From the sequence record SRR31156797_7246: 34,101 nt of DNA. One strand, 5' to 3'. Below, piece by piece: positions 29,346 through 34,101 of this stretch. Both the position numbers and the translations under genes were made by a program. The notes beneath the pieces were generated by a model. That model had not been told where the DNA came from and made no database searches. It saw only the letters and a list, made by a program, of their open reading frames with translations. The first letter of the stretch is position 1. Each line of letters opens with the position of its first letter.

Positions 29346-30347
29346 ATGGTTAAAATTAAAGATGTTGCTGATGCGGCAGGTGTGTCAACAGCGACAGTTT
29401 CCAGGGTCTTGGCGAACAAACCCCACGTGCGACCTGAAGTGCAGCAACGTGTAATGGAGGTAGTAGAAAAGCTGAATTATCGGCGAAACAGGGTTGCTCA
29501 GAATCTTCGTTCAAACACCTCAAAGATTATTGCCTTGATAGTTTCCGATATTGAAAATCCATTCTTTCAACGGGTCAGCAGGGCTGTAGATGATGTCGCC
29601 TTTGCACAAGGTTACAGTGTTATGCTCTGTAATACCGATGAGAACCCCGATAAAGAAGAAACCTCCCTGAATCTTCTTCGAGATGAAAATGTAGCCGGTA
29701 TCATTTTCTCTCCAACTCGGCAAACCATCGACAACTTTGCAGAAAGTTTTGATCTTAACATACCGATGGTGATAATTGACCGGCATGTATACAATTTTGA
29801 CGTTGATAATGTTCTGATAGATAACGTGCAGTCAGCCCACACTCTGACAAGCCATTTAATAGAGCAAGGCTATAAACGGATAGGCGCTCTCTTTGGGAAG
29901 GGCAGCACAACCGGTCGGGAAAGGCGCGAGGGCTTTGTGCAGGCATTAAAAGACCATAAAATCAAGCCGGTTAACGACATCGTTAAATACACCAATCCCA
30001 GAGAAGAGGACGGGTATAACACGGCCATGAAGCTGTTGGAAATGCAGGATAGACCTGAGGCTATATTTACAAGCAACAGCCTGCTGGCAGCAGGGGCTCT
30101 TCTGGCAATTCGTGAAAGCAAGCTGGAAATCCCCAAAGATATTGCCCTGGTAAGCTTTGATGATACAACATGGGCAAAGTTAGTGGAACCTGCACTAACG
30201 GTTATTGAACAACCAACTTATGAAATCGGGCGTACTGCAGCTGAGCTTCTTATTAAACGGATTCAGGATCCAACTCGTTCAAACCGTGAGGTTGTTCTCA
30301 AAACAAAGTTAATTATTCGAGAATCTTGCGGTTCCTTAAACCGGTAA
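29346..30347 (+). CDS. LacI-family transcriptional regulator
   Basis: IKDVADAAGVSTATVSRVL HTH, YRRNRVAQNL hinge, ENPFF, IPKDIALVSFDD, LTVIEQP. ATG 29346 follows GAAGAGG. Confidence 0.95.
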   Translation: MVKIKDVADAAGVSTATVSRVLANKPHVRPEVQQRVMEVVEKLNYRRNRVAQNLRSNTSKIIALIVSDIENPFFQRVSRAVDDVAFAQGYSVMLCNTDENPDKEETSLNLLRDENVAGIIFSPTRQTIDNFAESFDLNIPMVIIDRHVYNFDVDNVLIDNVQSAHTLTSHLIEQGYKRIGALFGKGSTTGRERREGFVQALKDHKIKPVNDIVKYTNPREEDGYNTAMKLLEMQDRPEAIFTSNSLLAAGALLAIRESKLEIPKDIALVSFDDTTWAKLVEPALTVIEQPTYEIGRTAAELLIKRIQDPTRSNREVVLKTKLIIRESCGSLNR

Positions 30348-30651
30348 CATTGAATGCATAGGGTTTGTTATGTGTTGTCGTTATAAAGAAAATACGTAAC
30401 CCTTTTGTGTGAAAAGTCTATCTGGCCAATGGTATAATGCAATATAGAATCCTCGAACAAGAAAGGGAGTTATCTATTCCGATCGATTTATGAGATTGGT
30501 GCTCGACCCTATTAATTTCTTGACAGTGTGTCTCTCTCCAGATAGCGTAACATGCTGAGAAAAGGGGGGAACCGTTAGTGCTTTTCCGTTGGTTGGCGGT
30601 CGAGGCGACTGGTGCCCATGGATTCACATTCTATTTAAGAGGGACTTAATA

Positions 30652-31503
30652 ATGAACAGCAGCGGCAGCAAGATTCGGACACTTGAAGAAGCTCTCCAGG
30701 AGCCGCGCAAACATCGCGACATGGATTTGGCGTTGAAACCGATGGATAACTACAGCAACACTCCAGGTGGTCCGAATAAACAGCCGCTAAGTTTCTGGGC
30801 TTCTTGGGACCTGGAGGAGCGCCCTCGCAGAATCGCTCTGCTTCTCGATGACTGTCAGGAAGAGTACCGGCCGTATGCAGGAGGTATTCTTCCGAATCTT
30901 ACTAAACTGGTAGAAACGTTTCGAACGGCTCAATCGAAGAGTGAAGGAGTCCGCATTATGTGGAGTGCCTGGACCCGTACGTTTGACGACGGTATCAGCA
31001 ACGCGATGGATCGATGGTATGGGCCAAAAGGGTTGCAACCGGAAGATCCGGAGAACGCTGTGTATGTTTTTACCGGTGCACCAGGTATGAAGCCCTTGGC
31101 TGAAATTGCCCCGACAGAGAAGGAAGTTGCCGGCGGTTGGTTCTACCATGGAAAACATTTAGATATGTTCTGGACCTTTGATGAGAATGGCAACTCTTAT
31201 CTGGATGAAAAATTGAAAGCGGCCGATATTGATACTATTGTACTTGTCGGTCTCTGGACGGATGAATGTATTCTTAGCACGGCCTACGCAGGGAACTCGC
31301 GTGGTTATGATGTCGTGCTGGTAAGTGATGCAATCGCAACGGCGACTGCAAATCATGAGATGGCGCTAAAGATTGCCAGCAGTACTGTCGCAAAAGTGCT
31401 GCCAACCGATGAAGTGATTGGCTACATGAAGAACGATTTTGTCACTGGAGAGCCGGGCGCTGTTAAAGGTACGCTTCAGCCAGACGGAAGAAAAGAAGGC
31501 TGA
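30652..31503 (+). CDS. Isochorismatase-like cysteine hydrolase
   Basis: ALLLDDCQ (Asp), GKHLDMF (Lys), VGLWTDECILSTA (Cys), RGYDVVLVSDA. Confidence 0.85.
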   Translation: MNSSGSKIRTLEEALQEPRKHRDMDLALKPMDNYSNTPGGPNKQPLSFWASWDLEERPRRIALLLDDCQEEYRPYAGGILPNLTKLVETFRTAQSKSEGVRIMWSAWTRTFDDGISNAMDRWYGPKGLQPEDPENAVYVFTGAPGMKPLAEIAPTEKEVAGGWFYHGKHLDMFWTFDENGNSYLDEKLKAADIDTIVLVGLWTDECILSTAYAGNSRGYDVVLVSDAIATATANHEMALKIASSTVAKVLPTDEVIGYMKNDFVTGEPGAVKGTLQPDGRKEG

Positions 31504-31568
31504 CACCGGTTTTTCTATAGAACTGAGATGTTTCCTGGTGCTCTTTGGGTGGACAAAGTTAAGAAGGG

Positions 31569-32294
31569 TTAGGTCCTTCTGGTCCTGAAGCCACAAAAAG
31601 AAGGATATGTATTGGTTCTTGCATAAAAGTCCGGGTATGCTTCTCGCAGTTCATCATTCGCTCGAGATTCTGCGATTCGCTCAATTACGAAGCCGTTTTT
31701 GAACAGACTTTCCGCTATGGTTTCAAATGTATGGTGATATGAGACCAGCTGCATTCCATCTAGCATTTCCCATGTGTACTGGTCGTTGTGGAAGTATGGT
31801 GCTGTTTTCGCCTGGTACTGATTGTCGTGGCAGCTCACTTCCATGACCTCGTCAAATGGATGGTGCATGGTGAATATAAATATGCCATTTGCACTTAAAA
31901 TCCGTGCTGCCTCGGCAAAAACAGTGCACAGGTCCTGAACATAGTGCATCACTAAGCCGCTGACGATAATGTTAAACGAGTCAACAGCATATGGTGTGGA
32001 GACGATATCAGATATAGTAAAAGCAATATCAGGGTTTTCTTTTTTGGCGATGTTAATAAGGCTGCTTGAGAAATCGACCCCCCGTGTATCAAGGCCCTCG
32101 TCCTTTAGCCACCTTGTAAGCAAGCCGCTTCCGCAACCAAGATCAAGAACCTTCATGTCAGGTGAAGGTTCACCCATGAGCCTTTCTATCATGGGCCGAT
32201 CCAGGTATAAATTCCATAGGTTTTCCTCTTCGCACCTGCGTTTTTCATGGTACTGCAGCGCATATTTATTGTATGTCTGTTGATTATGGTTCAT
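31569..32294 (-). CDS. Class I SAM-dependent methyltransferase
   Basis: VLDLGCGSG, GVDFS, FNIIVSGLVMHY, IFTMHHP. Confidence 0.9.
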   Translation of the reverse strand: MNHNQQTYNKYALQYHEKRRCEEENLWNLYLDRPMIERLMGEPSPDMKVLDLGCGSGLLTRWLKDEGLDTRGVDFSSSLINIAKKENPDIAFTISDIVSTPYAVDSFNIIVSGLVMHYVQDLCTVFAEAARILSANGIFIFTMHHPFDEVMEVSCHDNQYQAKTAPYFHNDQYTWEMLDGMQLVSYHHTFETIAESLFKNGFVIERIAESRANDELREAYPDFYARTNTYPSFCGFRTRRT

Positions 32295-32682
32295 CTCATT
32301 TAAGTTCTACGAGTGTAATAAATATAAATAATTAGCGACTATTTGTTCGGTACCTTCAGCACACAATGTGCGTTGTTAAGTGTTAAATGGTTGCAAGTAA
32401 ATTTGGTCTAGATGATTCATATTTTTGACACTCTACATAACCTGAGGTTTCAAGGTTGTCGATATTTCGGTTTGCAGCAAATACATGGAGCATACCTTTT
32501 TAAGTGATTTCCTGCCTGTATTTGTAAATTATCTGTGTAATAAAGTGGACTTGGTTTACTTTTTTGATAAAAAGGGGCAAGGTTCTCGATGACTGTGGTT
32601 TAGGGTGTTATGGTCTTTATCCCGAGGGGATCGATAGAGAACTCTCGGTATATTTAAAGAAGAAATAATATGAAAAAGGAGA

Positions 32683-33270
32683 ATGAACATGAAGTTTAAG
32701 GTACTGTTGAATTGTTTCTTGGTCTTGCTTTTCAGCTCTTCAACCCTTTTTGCGTCGGGAGAGGAAAGTGTAAAATCTGAAAAACCAGGAATCGTAGACG
32801 CTGTAGTTACTATAGTTGAAGCGACCGTGGAAAAAGTTGATCATGCGAACCGAATGGTTACGTTGAAAGGGCCAGAGGGGAATTACGTAGAATTAGAAGT
32901 TGATGAGGCTGTTAAAAATCTACCGCAGGTTGAGAAAGGAGATATTGTAACAGTTAAATATGTAGAAGCTGTATCAATACAAGTCTTTCCCAAAGGAGCT
33001 GCTGTCCCAGGTCTCACTGCTATTGAAGCTGAAGCCAGCGCAGAGCCCGGGGAGAAGCCTGCTGGTGTTGCCATGGAAGAAATTACTCTGGTCACCATTG
33101 TCGACGCCATTGATTTAAAACAGCAACTGGTAACCCTCAAAGGTGCAGAGGGGAAGACTAAAACTTTCAAAGCCCGTAACCCGGAACGGCTTGCTCAGGT
33201 GGCGGTCGGTGATACTGTCATGATTACGATAACAAAAGCAATTGGCATCAGTGTGACGGAAAAGGAATAG
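32683..33270 (+). CDS. Exported protein with two repeated small beta (OB-like) modules
   Basis: Signal peptide ending TLFA. Repeats ATVEKVDHANRMVTLKGPEG...QVEKGDIV and TIVDAIDLKQQLVTLKGAEG...QVAVGDTV. RBS AAGGAG. Confidence 0.8.
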   Translation: MNMKFKVLLNCFLVLLFSSSTLFASGEESVKSEKPGIVDAVVTIVEATVEKVDHANRMVTLKGPEGNYVELEVDEAVKNLPQVEKGDIVTVKYVEAVSIQVFPKGAAVPGLTAIEAEASAEPGEKPAGVAMEEITLVTIVDAIDLKQQLVTLKGAEGKTKTFKARNPERLAQVAVGDTVMITITKAIGISVTEKE

Positions 33271-33484
33271 GAAATCGATCAACCTAAGCCTTATGTCATG
33301 CCCGGATGCATCAGAACGTACTGTAGCTTTTGGGCGCAGAACTACTTTTTAATTGTGCCAGGGGAGTGGATATCCAAAGGAACATTCACTTTCCTGGTTA
33401 CCCGCAAGTTTTTCTCTCCAATTTTTCAGAGATAGATAACTCATTTGATTTTTTTATTTTAATGAGCACTCACAACGTAATTTT

Positions 33485-34000
33485 ATGAAAGTAGATAGAA
33501 ACAGCTTAAAGAAAATACCGAACTCTGAAGATCAAACCTGTTTTGGTTGTGGAAGCAACAATCGCGACGGGTTGCAAATGGAGTTTTATACAGATGACCA
33601 GCTTCTTTATTCTTTTGTAAAGATACCTGTGAAAATGGCCGGATGGGACCAGGCTGTTCATGGTGGTATTCTTTCTACTGTTCTTGATGAAATTATGGGC
33701 TGGGCTGTCATCTATCTTTGTAAGCAAATTGGTCTTACTAAAACGATAACTGTCGATTTCGTCAAACCTGTCTTTGTAGGGGACGAACTAACTGTAATTG
33801 GCAAGCTAGAAGAGAAGAAATCCGCTAGATCCGTGATGATGTCCGGCGAGATTTACAACTCTCAATCTGTCCTCTGCGTTCGTGCCTCTGCAGAATTTAA
33901 GGCTATTGAATCCAAAACTGCTCTCCGCCTTGGACTGGTAACTAAGGAGTATATGAATATGTTTGACCCTATTCTCAATTTCAAATTTGAAGAGTCCTAG
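33485..34000 (+). CDS. PaaI-family thioesterase (hotdog fold)
   Basis: CFGCGSNNRDGL, VHGGILSTVLDE, VDFVKPV. Confidence 0.88.
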   Translation: MKVDRNSLKKIPNSEDQTCFGCGSNNRDGLQMEFYTDDQLLYSFVKIPVKMAGWDQAVHGGILSTVLDEIMGWAVIYLCKQIGLTKTITVDFVKPVFVGDELTVIGKLEEKKSARSVMMSGEIYNSQSVLCVRASAEFKAIESKTALRLGLVTKEYMNMFDPILNFKFEES

Positions 34001-34101
34001 CAGAGTGGATAAGCTGGCTCTTCCACCTGTTGTCATTTCTGCGCTTATTATTTAGGGGAATGGTAATAAACGGTTCATCCGACTAAAGCGTACTTTGTTT
34101 C

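Noticed and set aside
1620-34036. Numerous short antisense or out-of-frame ORFs in the six-frame track
   Set aside because: They overlap well-supported genes and show no motifs; treated as shadow ORFs.
1-34101. CRISPR array, tRNA/rRNA, IS element, prophage or defence system
   Set aside because: No repeat-spacer periodicity, RNA-gene signatures, transposase/integrase or phage/defence domains were recognised.

Overview
Bacterial chromosomal accessory region, probably from a marine sulfate-reducing deltaproteobacterium (Desulfobulbales-like). That placement is an inference from the DeCLIC-like channel and the GlmS N-terminus. Left to right: GGDEF and DUF1214 gene remnants; a DeCLIC-type multidomain pentameric ligand-gated ion channel followed by a (TGGGTGG)5 G-quadruplex-forming repeat and an uncharacterised membrane protein; class-3 asparaginase; SLC13/TrkA-C transporter; a ycaQ-tag DNA-repair pair; glpABC; a DUF2235 hydrolase; a LacI-controlled hexitol cluster (mtlA-type IICB, EIIA-HPr-EI fusion, SorE-like dehydrogenase, 1-phosphofructokinase, fba, glmS, gap); and four unrelated singletons. 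The most interesting item is the hexitol cluster. It has no MtlD-family gene but pairs a mannitol-type PTS with a SorE-like dehydrogenase carrying a duplicated Rossmann domain and with FruK, suggesting a non-canonical mannitol-1-P -> fructose-1-P -> FBP route. A frameshifted fossil of a second mtlA 5' end sits in its leader, and LacI operators overlap both divergent promoters. All family calls come from motif recognition; no searches were run.
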